From contig JAUVNS010000006.1 in the NCBI GenBank assembly GCA_030599585.1, positions 128,001 through 192,000 of the forward strand: a stretch of 64,000 nucleotides of DNA. Reading direction: 5' to 3'. This DNA is from Promethearchaeota archaeon (GTDB taxonomy: Archaea; Asgardarchaeota; Lokiarchaeia; Sigyniarchaeales; SOKP01). Below are positions 10,731 through 21,583 of the stretch, piece after piece (the stretch's first letter is position 1; every line of letters starts with the position of its first letter). Both the position numbers and the translations under genes were made by a program. Below the pieces are notes generated by a model. The model did no database searches. It was not told the origin of the DNA and saw only the letters and a program-made list of their open reading frames with translations.

Positions 10731-12218
10731 TTATTTCTGTTTCTGTTTGTACTTAATATATTCACAGACTTTAGCTAGGGCATTTACAGGCCTATCCCAC
10801 AATGTAAAGAGTAGGGCACCATTCTTTCTTAACCGCTTAGACCATGGGCTCGTAAAGCTCATAGGGTTGATGTAAAAAATCGGAACGGAATATTTTAGAC
10901 TGTTTTTCATAGTCGGTTGGAGTAACTTTTCAGCTAATTTATCCATGCTTTCTTCTGACTGATTTTGAAATTCTGCCCATTTTGCAATTTCTTCGTTCTG
11001 GAGATAATCATCCATAACATCTTGAAAACCAACAACCCCATATTGGAAGATCGCATCGACCTCACCAGATTTCATTATCAGTTCTGGGAGAGTTATGTAA
11101 AAATAAGGAAGATTCATATCAAACGTACAATCTACAGGGTTATTAAAGCCTGCAGTTGAAGGTAAGAGAGGTTTCAATTCTTCTTGAAGCGTTTTAGAAA
11201 ATTCGGGAACGATAAGTCCATGGTTTTCGGCATTATTGGCAATCATAGCTCCGGGTCCTCCAGAATTTGTGATAATACCGATTCGTTTGCCTTTCGGTAA
11301 AATTTTATTTGATAAGATTAAGGCAATATCCAAGAATTCTTGAACATAGTCCGTTTTTATAACTCCCGTTTCTTTAAATACTGCGTTGAATATTTTTGAA
11401 TCACCAGCGAGTGATCCAGTATGGCTTTGTAAGGCTCTATTGCCTCCTTGAGAACCACCAACATAAATCGCGATAATCGGTTTTTTTGGTGTTATCTCTC
11501 TTGCCAATTCTAAAAATTTCTTTCCACGCTTTAACTCTTCGATATAGAGACCTATAACTTCCGTTTCTTCGTCATCCTTATAATATTCCAGACAATCCAC
11601 GATGTCAATATTTGCCTCGTTTCCAACTGATAAGGATTTACTTAACCCTAAATCTAAATTTTCGGGATCAAACCATATGTGCGATGAAAGCGTTCCACTC
11701 TGAGAGGCGATAGAAAAATTCCCTTTTTTCAAATGCTCCCATATAGCTATATTAAACGCACTATTGTTATTGTTAGGTTCGTACCAATTATTAAAAAGTC
11801 CTAAACAGTTTGGACCAATAAACCTTATTCCATAATTACTAGCAATCTCGTTAATTTCTTCAGTAAGAGTGTTTTTACGGTCACCAACTAATTCGCGAAA
11901 ACCGCCAGATATGAGCACGATCTTAGTTATTCCCTTTTCACCGCATTCTCTAAACACTTGCGGTACTTTTTTGGCCGCTAATACAATAACAGCAAGATCA
12001 GGAACTTCATGAACATCTGCGATGGTTTTATACGTTTTAAAACCCATAACTACATCCAATTTAGGATGAATTGGATAAACATTTCCCGTATATCCGGATT
12101 TTATGAGGTTCATGATTTGAATTGCTGCTAATGAACTTCCTTTGTTATTAGCCCCAAAAAAAGCCACGCTTTTAGGATTTAAGAATCCATAGAGGAAATG
12201 ATCTCTACTCATAAACAT
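10731..12218 (-). CDS. Acyl-CoA synthetase (NDP-forming), alpha subunit
   Basis: PKSVAFFGA, GPNCLG, SQSG, SHTGSLAG phospho-His, TNSGG, NPVD. Confidence 0.9.
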   Translation of the reverse strand: MFMSRDHFLYGFLNPKSVAFFGANNKGSSLAAIQIMNLIKSGYTGNVYPIHPKLDVVMGFKTYKTIADVHEVPDLAVIVLAAKKVPQVFRECGEKGITKIVLISGGFRELVGDRKNTLTEEINEIASNYGIRFIGPNCLGLFNNWYEPNNNNSAFNIAIWEHLKKGNFSIASQSGTLSSHIWFDPENLDLGLSKSLSVGNEANIDIVDCLEYYKDDEETEVIGLYIEELKRGKKFLELAREITPKKPIIAIYVGGSQGGNRALQSHTGSLAGDSKIFNAVFKETGVIKTDYVQEFLDIALILSNKILPKGKRIGIITNSGGPGAMIANNAENHGLIVPEFSKTLQEELKPLLPSTAGFNNPVDCTFDMNLPYFYITLPELIMKSGEVDAIFQYGVVGFQDVMDDYLQNEEIAKWAEFQNQSEESMDKLAEKLLQPTMKNSLKYSVPIFYINPMSFTSPWSKRLRKNGALLFTLWDRPVNALAKVCEYIKYKQKQK

Positions 12219-12329
12219 TCACTTATATCAAGAAATATTAGATGATTTTAAAATGTAAATATATACATTTAATAGCTCAAGAATAATACATTATTTAATT
12301 TTTATACAAAACATAATGATGGTAAAATT

Positions 12330-13319
12330 ATGGTAAGAATTTTAACAAAGGATAATGTTGCACAGTTATTAAATATGGCAGATGCCTTGGAATACGTAGA
12401 AGAAGCATACAAACAACTTACTTTAGGGAATGCTTTTGTTCCGCAGCGAATAGCTATTACTGATCCCGCTCCAGGGTTAACTTTAGTAATGCCGGGTATA
12501 ATTGGGGGTGAAATGAGTGCCCTCGCAACTAAAATTGTATCGGTATATAAAAAAAATCCGGAGAAATACAATATGCCCACTGTATTGGCGAAAATTATGA
12601 TTCAGGACATAAACACGGGGGATATCGTTGGAATCATGGACGGTAGTCTTATTACGGCAATGCGTACTGGAGCAGCAACGGGAGTATCTGTTAAATACTT
12701 AGCGCGAAAAAATAGCACTGTAATGAGTATATATAGTGGGGGTGTTCAAGCAAGAAAACAAGTATCTGGAGTGTACTACGGTTTAAACCAGAAATTAGAA
12801 AAATGTAAAGTTTTTGATTTTAAAAAGGACACTGCTGAAAGCTTTAAAATAGAAATTGAGAAAGAATTAGGGATTGAAGTCGAAATCACTGGTTCTGGTG
12901 ATGATCTACTTTCAAAAACCGACATTATAGTGGCAGCAACTACTAGTACGACACCGTTATTTGCAGGAGATAAAGTGCCAGAAGGTGTACACATTTCTTC
13001 TATAGGTGCACATGCCCCAGATGCCAGAGAATTAGATTCCACTACAATAAAAAGAGCTTCACTGCTTGTAGCTGGATTAAAGGAAGCGTGTTTAGCTGAA
13101 GCTGGCGATTATATAATTCCAATTAATGAGGGAATTATTTCTAAAGATGATATTATTTCAATAGGAAACATAATAACTGGTAATGTACCCAACCGAACCT
13201 CTAACTCAGAGATAACAGTATTTAAATCCGTTGGAATAAGTGCACAGGATGTTGCAGTGGGAAAGTTAGTGTATGATAGAGCCCTAAAAGAGGGAATTGG
13301 TCATGATATTGATTTCTAA
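12330..13319 (+). CDS. Ornithine cyclodeaminase/mu-crystallin family (archaeal alanine dehydrogenase-like)
   Basis: ITAMRTGAATG, ATTSTTP, RELD, FKSVGISAQD. Confidence 0.9.
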   Translation: MVRILTKDNVAQLLNMADALEYVEEAYKQLTLGNAFVPQRIAITDPAPGLTLVMPGIIGGEMSALATKIVSVYKKNPEKYNMPTVLAKIMIQDINTGDIVGIMDGSLITAMRTGAATGVSVKYLARKNSTVMSIYSGGVQARKQVSGVYYGLNQKLEKCKVFDFKKDTAESFKIEIEKELGIEVEITGSGDDLLSKTDIIVAATTSTTPLFAGDKVPEGVHISSIGAHAPDARELDSTTIKRASLLVAGLKEACLAEAGDYIIPINEGIISKDDIISIGNIITGNVPNRTSNSEITVFKSVGISAQDVAVGKLVYDRALKEGIGHDIDF

Positions 13320-13440
13320 CACCTTTTTTTTTCCATTAAAATATAATCTATATTATTAAGAATTTGAAAAAATTATTTAAAGCATATTCATTAATAAAAT
13401 GAAATAAATATTGAATCAATTAAAAGGAAGGTAAAGTGTA

Positions 13441-13725
13441 ATGAGTGAAGAGAAGAAGGAAAATATCTTAGACAAACTAAATACCGCATTTGTAGATTTC
13501 GTTGGTGGTGCATTCGGCGAAAGCGGTAAAGATTTTATTGAAGACACTTCAGAGAAAATTAAAGAGTTCTCGAGTCAATCAATCAAACAATTTATGGGAT
13601 TTTCCGACACGGTCATTGATAATCTTAAACTAACAGAAAATGAACAAGTCATGAAAATGCGAGACAGCGTTGAAGATTTGTTGAAACAAGCTGGACTATT
13701 AGAAGAAGACGAAGAAGATTTCTAA
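13441..13725 (+). CDS. Small acidic helical hypothetical protein
   Basis: Clean ORF with purine-rich leader; no recognised motif. Confidence 0.7.
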   Translation: MSEEKKENILDKLNTAFVDFVGGAFGESGKDFIEDTSEKIKEFSSQSIKQFMGFSDTVIDNLKLTENEQVMKMRDSVEDLLKQAGLLEEDEEDF

Positions 13726-13828
13726 TTTTAATAGTTTCTAAACATTGTATTTACTACTATTTTTCTATTTATTTTAGTATGATGCAAATTATAATTATTA
13801 AAAATTTAAAGCAAAACGAAAAGAAAAC

Positions 13829-14074
13829 CTATAAAACTTTTTTATTCTTCAAAAAGGATCTAATTTCATCTTTTGTTGCGTTAAATAGCTCAGAGATGAC
13901 TGTTAGTGAGATGCCTTCGTCCATTCCTAGCTTTCTATAATCTTTATAGAGCTTTACCCATGTTTCTTTTTGCGTGTAGCGATCTGGATGTTTTGATTGA
14001 ATATGTTGCCAATAAGGATGTTTTAACTTAATTCCACAATACGGGCAAAAACGAGTCTCATCATCTGCTGACAT
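13829..14074 (-). CDS. Small C2H2-type zinc-finger protein
   Basis: CPYC-x9-H-x4-H. Confidence 0.75.
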   Translation of the reverse strand: MSADDETRFCPYCGIKLKHPYWQHIQSKHPDRYTQKETWVKLYKDYRKLGMDEGISLTVISELFNATKDEIRSFLKNKKVL

Positions 14075-14167
14075 ATATCTAACCTTTTTAGGTGAAAAAT
14101 AAATATTTGTGTTATAAGTTAATAAAATACTATTTATTTAAAAAATTATCAATTTGGATCTCATTAA

Positions 14168-15403
14168 TTACCCTAGAAAAGAGTGTTTACCTTCCCATAC
14201 TATTTTTCTATAATGATCCGGATCTGTGTCACCTTCGGTACTGAAAATTAAAACTCGAGATTCCTTAAATAAGCTCATTTTTTTTCTGAGATCTCGATAT
14301 GAATCGTTAGTAAGTAGTTCTACTAATAAACCTAAACCTACTGCTCCTGATTCTCCTGAAATGATTTTAGGATCGTTTAATAACGAATTTCCTAATATTT
14401 TCATGCCTTTCGCAGCAATTCCATCTGAACAAGAAATGAAAAAATCAGCGTAATCTCTTAACACTCTCCAAGCGATAATATTAGGTTTACCACAAGCCAA
14501 ACCAGCCATAATCGTCGCTAAACTACCGCCAACCGCATGGGGTTTGGTGTCTCCTATTTGTGCTGATTTGAATAAACAGGCGGCGTTATGAGGTTCGATA
14601 ATGACAGTTAACGGTCTATCATCACCAAATTTAGTTGTTAAGTATCCTTGAATTGCCGCAGCTAAAGAACCGACTCCTGCTTGTAAGAATACATGAGTTG
14701 GCATTAAATCTCCTTGCATTTTCATTTGTTCTAAGACTTCATCAATTAAAGTTGAGTAGCCTTGCATGATCCATGTAGGAATTTCGATATACCCTTCCCA
14801 GGCAGTATCTTGAATCAAAACGCCATTATTTTCAGCAGCAAAGTTTGCAGCCATTTTCACTGTCTCGTCGTAATACTCGTTTGTCACAATGACTTCGGCG
14901 TTTTCTTTTTTAATATTGTCAACTCTGAATTGAGAGGATCCTTTCGGCATGAACACGACTGCTTTCTGGTCTAGTTCTCTCGCAGTCCAAGCAACTCCTC
15001 GCCCATGATTCCCATCTGTAGCGGTTACAAAAGTTATGGTTCCAAGCTTTTCTTTGTATTCCGGTGTTTTTAGGGCCTCAAATGAGAGTTCAGCAATCTC
15101 AATTCCTAGCTTACAGCTGAGATAAAAGGCAATGGCGTATGAGCCCCCTAAAACTTTAAACGCGTTTAATCCTAACCGAAAAGACTCGTCTTTAACCCAT
15201 ATTTTCTTTATGTTGATTTTATTAGCTAATTTAGGTAAAGAATGAAGGGGCGTTGGTTGGTATTTGGGAAAACTTTGATGAAATTTCCTTACTTTTCCAA
15301 TTATTTCTCGAGACATAAACTCTGTAGAGGTTTTTCCACTTGCTTGCTTCCTTGAGTCGTTATTAGAAAATAGCTTAATTCCTTTGAGTTTATTATTTTT
15401 CAT
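14168..15403 (-). CDS. dpaL: Diaminopropionate ammonia-lyase (PLP-dependent)
   Basis: KDESFRLGLNAFKVLGG, ATDGNHGRG, QDTAWEGY, STEGDTDP. Confidence 0.92.
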   Translation of the reverse strand: MKNNKLKGIKLFSNNDSRKQASGKTSTEFMSREIIGKVRKFHQSFPKYQPTPLHSLPKLANKINIKKIWVKDESFRLGLNAFKVLGGSYAIAFYLSCKLGIEIAELSFEALKTPEYKEKLGTITFVTATDGNHGRGVAWTARELDQKAVVFMPKGSSQFRVDNIKKENAEVIVTNEYYDETVKMAANFAAENNGVLIQDTAWEGYIEIPTWIMQGYSTLIDEVLEQMKMQGDLMPTHVFLQAGVGSLAAAIQGYLTTKFGDDRPLTVIIEPHNAACLFKSAQIGDTKPHAVGGSLATIMAGLACGKPNIIAWRVLRDYADFFISCSDGIAAKGMKILGNSLLNDPKIISGESGAVGLGLLVELLTNDSYRDLRKKMSLFKESRVLIFSTEGDTDPDHYRKIVWEGKHSFLG

Positions 15404-15912
15404 AGTGTCGGTTTAAATCCATTTCTCAAGATTATTTTTGTTGCGAGTTTCGCTACATCTCCTACGAGCGTAGAACAATGTTCCATCATTCCCGACTTGA
15501 AAGCTTCTTTCATTTCGTCGGCATCCCATAAATTAAAAGTTCTACCCATCGATTTTTCTTGAACATCGTAGCAACGACAAGAACCGTATTGTTTGACATA
15601 TTTATCGTGTAGTTTTTTAACAAGCGTATAAGACTTCATAGGTTTATACATATCTTTAAAATCTTCCCGACTTCTTCCGTAAAGATATCCTATTACCATA
15701 GATGCTCCTACTAGCGCGCCACAAGAACCATCACCCGTTAAGCCTAAGCCATCTGCTAAGCCACTCCCTGCTTTGAAAACATCGTCATTCCAAATTCCTA
15801 ACGCCTCAAAAATCGCCGCAATCGCCGTTTGAGCGCATCCAGTGCATTCTTGTTCGTATTTTTTCCCCAACGCAAATGCTTTCTCTAAAACTTCTTTATT
15901 CGTATTACTCAT
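15400..15912 (-). CDS. C_GCAxxG_C_C family putative redox protein
   Basis: GCAQ, GSCGALVG, SCRC, HC. Confidence 0.85.
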   Translation of the reverse strand: MSNTNKEVLEKAFALGKKYEQECTGCAQTAIAAIFEALGIWNDDVFKAGSGLADGLGLTGDGSCGALVGASMVIGYLYGRSREDFKDMYKPMKSYTLVKKLHDKYVKQYGSCRCYDVQEKSMGRTFNLWDADEMKEAFKSGMMEHCSTLVGDVAKLATKIILRNGFKPTL

Positions 15913-16042
15913 TATCTTCAACTACTCTATTGATTTTATCACATGAATTATGATTATGATTAAGATAAATTATTAAAGAATAATAATTAAATTGATTACA
16001 AAATTCTCTCCCTTAATTTAAAAGTAGTTTCGATTCAATTTT

Positions 16043-16852
16043 ATGGCAACTTTTCCTTACAGGCTTTTTCAGGCAAAATTCGATATTTTTTTAGACAGAG
16101 TACCTATTTTAGGTAAGATTCTGTCGTTTGCATTCGGAGCAGTTGAATATTTTATACTTGAAACTTTTAGGTTTCTTGACATTAAGTTAAACATTAACTC
16201 GATTAAAATAGTGAATAGGTACATCTTTAAGAGTAGATGGGGAGGAAAGGTTATCCCATTGAACGTAAACTTAGACATTGAGACCAAGTTTCTTCCTTCC
16301 CAGGAAATTCTGGCTCTGTTAAGTAGATCAAAGGTTACTGGGATCGCTAATTGCTATTGTAGAGAAACGCAAAGAAAGCATTCAGACACACCAAATTGTG
16401 AACACCCTATTAAGACTTGTATTCACATAGGGTTTGGAAAATCACTAAATGAAATTCCCTATAAATCGGAAAATTTAGAAAAAGTTTCAAAGCGAGAGAT
16501 AGAAAAGCTATTGGAAGAAAGCGATAAACGGGGTTTAGTCCACCAAATTATTTATTTTCCTAATCCGTTATTCTATTATGTAGTGTGTAACTGCTGTCCA
16601 TGTTGCTGTGTTATTATGAATAAATTCCTAAAAAGCGGTTCTCCTCAGATGATTAAATCTGACTTTATCGCTTATACGGATTTGGCAAAATGTAATAATT
16701 GTGGAGTTTGCGAAGAATATTGTAATTTTGGTGCAAGAAAGCTTATTACAGAAAAATTAAATTTTTTCCAAGAATATTGCTTTGGTTGCGGGTTATGTGT
16801 GTCCAAATGTCCAGAAAAAGCCATAAAATTAAGAAAAAAAGTTGAATCCTAG
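16043..16852 (+). CDS. 4Fe-4S dicluster protein
   Basis: CYCR, CNCCPCCC, two CxxCxxCxxxC motifs. Confidence 0.88.
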   Translation: MATFPYRLFQAKFDIFLDRVPILGKILSFAFGAVEYFILETFRFLDIKLNINSIKIVNRYIFKSRWGGKVIPLNVNLDIETKFLPSQEILALLSRSKVTGIANCYCRETQRKHSDTPNCEHPIKTCIHIGFGKSLNEIPYKSENLEKVSKREIEKLLEESDKRGLVHQIIYFPNPLFYYVVCNCCPCCCVIMNKFLKSGSPQMIKSDFIAYTDLAKCNNCGVCEEYCNFGARKLITEKLNFFQEYCFGCGLCVSKCPEKAIKLRKKVES

Positions 16853-16966
16853 ATGTGTTTTTGTTTGTTTTTTTTTTAATAATAGAGCAAAAATAAATAC
16901 AATTATTATTATTAAATTTATAGGAATAGTATTGGACTTGTTCTAATAGGGATGTTATAATTAATA

Positions 16967-17404
16967 ATGAAAGAACTATACGAAATAGGTATTGTTTTCC
17001 GAGGATTTATCCTAGTAAGTTACGAGTTTAAGAAAATTGAAAAAAGGGATAAAGTTAAAAATGTGAGCAAGGATTTGAGAGGAGGTTTTATTTCAGCGAT
17101 AAATACATTTGCTAAAACTGCTTTCAACAATCTTTCATTAGAATATTTAGAATCAGGGAACATCTTATTTATTTTTAAAGCCCTTGAAATACAAGCCGCA
17201 AATTATAATGTTGCGGAACCAGTTATTTTATATGGTTTAGTAGACAAAAAAAGGAAAGATACCGATAAGTTTGTTAAAAAATTCCTTGAAAAGATTGACC
17301 CCATCTTGAACCTTTTTATAACGAGATATAGTAACAAGGACTTAACTGAGTTTAATCAATTTGCACCATTTCAGAACGATATTAAAGAGTTTATCTTGAA
17401 TTGA
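16967..17404 (+). CDS. Longin-like domain protein
   Basis: EIGIVFRG beta-hairpin, helix LRGGFISAINTFA, then strands; pattern typical of Asgard longin/roadblock proteins. Confidence 0.6.
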   Translation: MKELYEIGIVFRGFILVSYEFKKIEKRDKVKNVSKDLRGGFISAINTFAKTAFNNLSLEYLESGNILFIFKALEIQAANYNVAEPVILYGLVDKKRKDTDKFVKKFLEKIDPILNLFITRYSNKDLTEFNQFAPFQNDIKEFILN

Positions 17405-17409
17405 AGGAA

Positions 17410-19083
17410 TTAATAAGTCCCCAGACTCCATCCCTTAGGTTCTGAACGCGAGTATATGAGGACTCCCTCCATTCTCAATTTATCGATCTGTTTTTCAACG
17501 ACATCCCTCCCGTATCCCAACATCCCAATATCGTCAATTAATTTTTTTTTAGTAGAGACTAATTTGAACTTTTCTAAGTGAGTGATGATAATAGTTTTTA
17601 AATTTATCTCAGCTATAGTTTCTGAAGAGGGTGTATTTTCTATAACTTTTCCTTTTTTACCCTCCTGCTTCAAAGCATCAATTAACGCCCCTCCTTTTTG
17701 AGTAGGAATCTCTTGCTCTACCACAATGGGTTTTATCCTTTTCCCCTTTTTAACAAGAGCTTTAGCCGTACCACCTACTCCTATTTCATCTTCTGGCAAA
17801 GTCCAAACCGAATATGTTATCTTATCATAGGAATCAGGTTTTTCCGAAATCATTCGCTGAAATTCTTCTACAACACTATCAGTGAGATATCCTTTCTTCT
17901 CCAGTTCTGCTCCAATCCCCTCAATAATCCTATTATCTATTAAATATTTGAAAATATATTCTCTAATGTTAGTTGGGACGGTTTCGAATATTATTGGTTT
18001 CGGGTCTTTTGTATCTAGAGTCTGAGACTCCGGGATTTTTATGTTATACGGAATTTCTAAAGGAGGTTTTTCACCGCATTCAAGATCACTTATACACCTA
18101 ATACTCCTATCGTACCCCCCAAATAAGATGTTCGTTATACCATCATCAGGATTAACAATTGAAGAAACAATTTTAATAGAATTCGAGGCAGAAGTTTTCC
18201 ATTTCAACTCAATATCTAATGAATCCAAGTGAGGGTTATGGTATATGTAAAGCGATCCATCAGCACATCCAACTATTATCTCTTTAGCGTTATCTGCATC
18301 GATGTCAATTATTTTTAAAGAAATAGGTCGACTTTTTTCGATCTTAATAGATTTTATCTCTACGCCCTCAGTATTAAGCACTCTTATAAAAGAATCATCA
18401 GTTCCTATGATTATTTCATAATATCCATTATTTGTAACATCTCCAACCTCGATAGTATTAATTTGTGAATCAAAATCTTTTTGCCATACTATATCTGGTT
18501 TGTTCTCTTTAAATTGAATCAATTGAAGCATCCCATTTTTAGTCCCGACGAGTAAACCGTAAATCGGTATATCAACATCTGGAAGCTTTAAATAACCTAG
18601 CGTTATTGCTGTTACCCAGGAATCATAATATAATGTGAAAATAGGCTCAGTAGAATCAATATTTTCGAAAATTTTAAGGGTTTTATCTTCGCTTCCATGA
18701 ATCAGCTCTATATTATTATCTCTAGTAAAATCACCTGCAATAACGCTTAGTACTTTACCCTTTGACTTATAATTCATAATACCAGCTAGCTTGTTGATAC
18801 CTTTGACTAATTTAACAACCAAAAAATTGCCATCCCCAGCACCTACCAGAATCTCTTCGCAGCCATCTTGAGTTATATCTATAGGATAAGTAGTTCGGAC
18901 CCAACCATCGAAAGTAATGCTATCAAGAATGTTCAAATCTTGGTCCATGAGATATAATGTTTTGTCGTGGCCCCCAAAAACGATGTAAGTATTGTCTCCA
19001 CACTTCAGTGTTGAACAAGTAAGAACAGCATCAGGACATTCAAACATCCAGTTCAAATTAAATTGTTTTTTGAGTTTTGACAT
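17410..19083 (-). CDS. FG-GAP/WD-like beta-propeller protein with C-terminal winged-helix-like domain
   Basis: Repeated DxxxDGxxEI(L/I)VG...D units; C-terminal helix-turn-helix-wing pattern. Confidence 0.7.
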   Translation of the reverse strand: MSKLKKQFNLNWMFECPDAVLTCSTLKCGDNTYIVFGGHDKTLYLMDQDLNILDSITFDGWVRTTYPIDITQDGCEEILVGAGDGNFLVVKLVKGINKLAGIMNYKSKGKVLSVIAGDFTRDNNIELIHGSEDKTLKIFENIDSTEPIFTLYYDSWVTAITLGYLKLPDVDIPIYGLLVGTKNGMLQLIQFKENKPDIVWQKDFDSQINTIEVGDVTNNGYYEIIIGTDDSFIRVLNTEGVEIKSIKIEKSRPISLKIIDIDADNAKEIIVGCADGSLYIYHNPHLDSLDIELKWKTSASNSIKIVSSIVNPDDGITNILFGGYDRSIRCISDLECGEKPPLEIPYNIKIPESQTLDTKDPKPIIFETVPTNIREYIFKYLIDNRIIEGIGAELEKKGYLTDSVVEEFQRMISEKPDSYDKITYSVWTLPEDEIGVGGTAKALVKKGKRIKPIVVEQEIPTQKGGALIDALKQEGKKGKVIENTPSSETIAEINLKTIIITHLEKFKLVSTKKKLIDDIGMLGYGRDVVEKQIDKLRMEGVLIYSRSEPKGWSLGTY

Positions 19084-19236
19084 GGTTCATTACACAAGAT
19101 ACTAAATAATATGATTCTATAATAATTGCAGAATGCTTATTCTTTAATTATAGTTATAGAAGTTCTTTTAAACTTATTAAATGAATATGAAAATTTAAAA
19201 ATAATATAAAAAAAAAATATTTATAATAAGTATTAA

Positions 19237-21429
19237 TTATAGTCCAAGTTGTGCATCGCTAGGAGAGTAAGCTCCAGTACCGCTAATTTTATAAGTGATC
19301 TCTATTTTTTCTTCAGCCATTAATTTGTCAATTGTCCACTTAAGCGTATCTTGTCCTACTTCGTCTGTGATCTCTGGTTTCATAGAGAAATCCGAATACT
19401 CGAAGCTATCGGGTACTTTGTCCATGAGAACTAATTTCTGTAAAGGCGCAGTCCCAATATTTTCAAGAGTTAAGATTATTTCATAGTTGCCCAATTTTCC
19501 AATTGGAAGGACTTCCTTTCCAATTCTAAAGCGTCGTCTCAGATGCAAGGCTTCTATTACAGGTACTTCTGGCTTAAACTCTAATTCTTGAGAAACTGGG
19601 AACGTGTTAGTAAAATAAGTTATCTCTGATTCAAACTTTGACTCTTGAGCGGGATTTATACAATGAATCGGGTATTGAAACTCTAAAGATGATTCCGGCA
19701 TAAATAAACCATTACTCGAGTTTCTGAGATCCTTCAGAGAAATTTTAAAAATATTTCCGTCAAAATTAACAGATCCCGAATCAAGATCAATTTCTTTTCG
19801 GTTCCATAATACTTTTATCTCATCAGCTTTAGGTGGTTGATATTCATCGTTGAAATATTGCTGAACAACGGTGATTTCGTTTAATGGGGCTGATCCATTA
19901 TTGACCATCTTCAATGTTGCAATAACATCTTTCTCTTTGTAGGTAGGAACTTGTTCTATATCGTAAGACATATCACCTGCTATACTTGCGATTTCTAATA
20001 TAACATCAGCAATGGAAGCAGTTCCTTTGACGATTGTTTGAAAATCAGGCATAACTCGAAATTCGAGCTTCTTCCTAAAAGCAGGATATTCTTCAGATTC
20101 AAATTTCCATTTCTTAGAATGCCATTGAGCCCCAGCTGGTAAATATGGGACATCTTTAGGATCTATGTCGACATATTTCACAGATTCATCCTCTGGAGAA
20201 TACACATCCGCATTAAATAATTGAATTATAAATTCTGAAGGATTTTCAAAAACGAGCTTGCAATCCCAAACACCTGGTTCTTCATCGCGTTCAACCGTAT
20301 CGACATAAAATTTGTTTCTAGTATAAGCGTCGTATTTATCGATGTCTAACCCTTCTGCAAAGGAAGATGATGCTTCATATGTTACATCGATTGTGCCTGT
20401 TTTCCTCTTTGTAATGTCTGTTACTAAGATACTGCAAGTAAATTTCAAGAGAACTGTTGTTTCAGGCATCAATTTCTCAATGTTCCAGACAATCTTATTA
20501 CCTTCAACTTCTGCTCGTCCTTCTGTTGTGTCTCTTACGACGGGATTACTAAAATCCCCAGGAATATGTTTCACAACTTTAACATTTTTAATTGCTTTTG
20601 CGAATAAATTTCTCATAGCAATAGCAAAGGTAACAGTATTTTCTTTGTCAATTGAAATTCCAAAGGCTTGTAGAGAAAATCCATCTGAGGCGGTTCCGCC
20701 ATCTTCAAAAGTTTCATCTTCTTCATCCTCTTCTTCTTCTTCCCCTTCTTCTTCTTCCTCTTCTTCCTCTTCTTCTTCCTCTACAGGAGCAATTCGTTCT
20801 TTTACTTTAGCGCCTGCCTTACTAGTTTTATCTTTCGCTTTAAGGAGGTTAGTTTCAATATCCCTTAGATTTAAAACATTATCGGCATCAGGAAGAGTGT
20901 TAACATACTCTTGAACAAGGAGCAAATTTTTGATTTCTTCCTTAATAACAAAATCTTCAGTATAAGCATTTGTATCTTTATCAGTTCCGAGCTCTCTGAT
21001 TTTAATATCTTTTGATTTTAAACTTGTACTATCAATATTTTTGAGGGAAAGATCAATATCCCATAACCGATCTTTCTTTGATTGATTTTCCACGCTTAAC
21101 TGGCCTTTAAAGTTAATAGATTCTATGTTAGAGTCGTGATCTAACTCTACGTCAACATTTTCAATAATTTTCACCAGTCCCGTTACTCCTTCTCTATTGC
21201 CGTCTTTTAGTAAAATTGATCCTTCTAATTCACCCGTATTTGCATCATATGTCTCAATCACAGGAGTAGAAATATCTCTATCGACTAGCATAACTTTGCC
21301 GCTATCTAAATCGGACCTTTTTAGACCTTCGGCTAATTTTTCTTCAGCAGCTTCTTCAGCAGCCCAACCATAACTTGGTTTAGGTTGTGCTCTTGCTCTA
21401 GGTTCTTTTTCTTTTTTCTTACGTGCCAT
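19237..21429 (-). CDS. Large acidic beta-sandwich protein (mu-homology/DUF11-like domains, poly-Glu linker)
   Basis: Ig-like repeats (V.D.VP..F......LKWTI.KL); no signal peptide. Confidence 0.6.
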   Translation of the reverse strand: MARKKKEKEPRARAQPKPSYGWAAEEAAEEKLAEGLKRSDLDSGKVMLVDRDISTPVIETYDANTGELEGSILLKDGNREGVTGLVKIIENVDVELDHDSNIESINFKGQLSVENQSKKDRLWDIDLSLKNIDSTSLKSKDIKIRELGTDKDTNAYTEDFVIKEEIKNLLLVQEYVNTLPDADNVLNLRDIETNLLKAKDKTSKAGAKVKERIAPVEEEEEEEEEEEEGEEEEEDEEDETFEDGGTASDGFSLQAFGISIDKENTVTFAIAMRNLFAKAIKNVKVVKHIPGDFSNPVVRDTTEGRAEVEGNKIVWNIEKLMPETTVLLKFTCSILVTDITKRKTGTIDVTYEASSSFAEGLDIDKYDAYTRNKFYVDTVERDEEPGVWDCKLVFENPSEFIIQLFNADVYSPEDESVKYVDIDPKDVPYLPAGAQWHSKKWKFESEEYPAFRKKLEFRVMPDFQTIVKGTASIADVILEIASIAGDMSYDIEQVPTYKEKDVIATLKMVNNGSAPLNEITVVQQYFNDEYQPPKADEIKVLWNRKEIDLDSGSVNFDGNIFKISLKDLRNSSNGLFMPESSLEFQYPIHCINPAQESKFESEITYFTNTFPVSQELEFKPEVPVIEALHLRRRFRIGKEVLPIGKLGNYEIILTLENIGTAPLQKLVLMDKVPDSFEYSDFSMKPEITDEVGQDTLKWTIDKLMAEEKIEITYKISGTGAYSPSDAQLGL
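20714..20782 (-). repeat. Low-complexity GAR-codon tract encoding poly-Glu
   Basis: EEEEEEEEEEEEGEEEEEDEEDE. Confidence 0.9.
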
Positions 21430-21583
21430 GGTAGTTTACCATTTTTTACATTTTCGTAAATATCCCATAACTTAATATCTATGGATTAATAATTATGTAA
21501 TCGTGATAGTTAAAAAAGATTTATCAACTAAATCTTAGATCTAAAAAAATATTAGCTGGTTCAACTTTTTTTTCATGCTAGAG

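Noticed and set aside
20342-20914. 190-aa Ser-rich ORF
   Set aside because: Antisense shadow of the poly-Glu region
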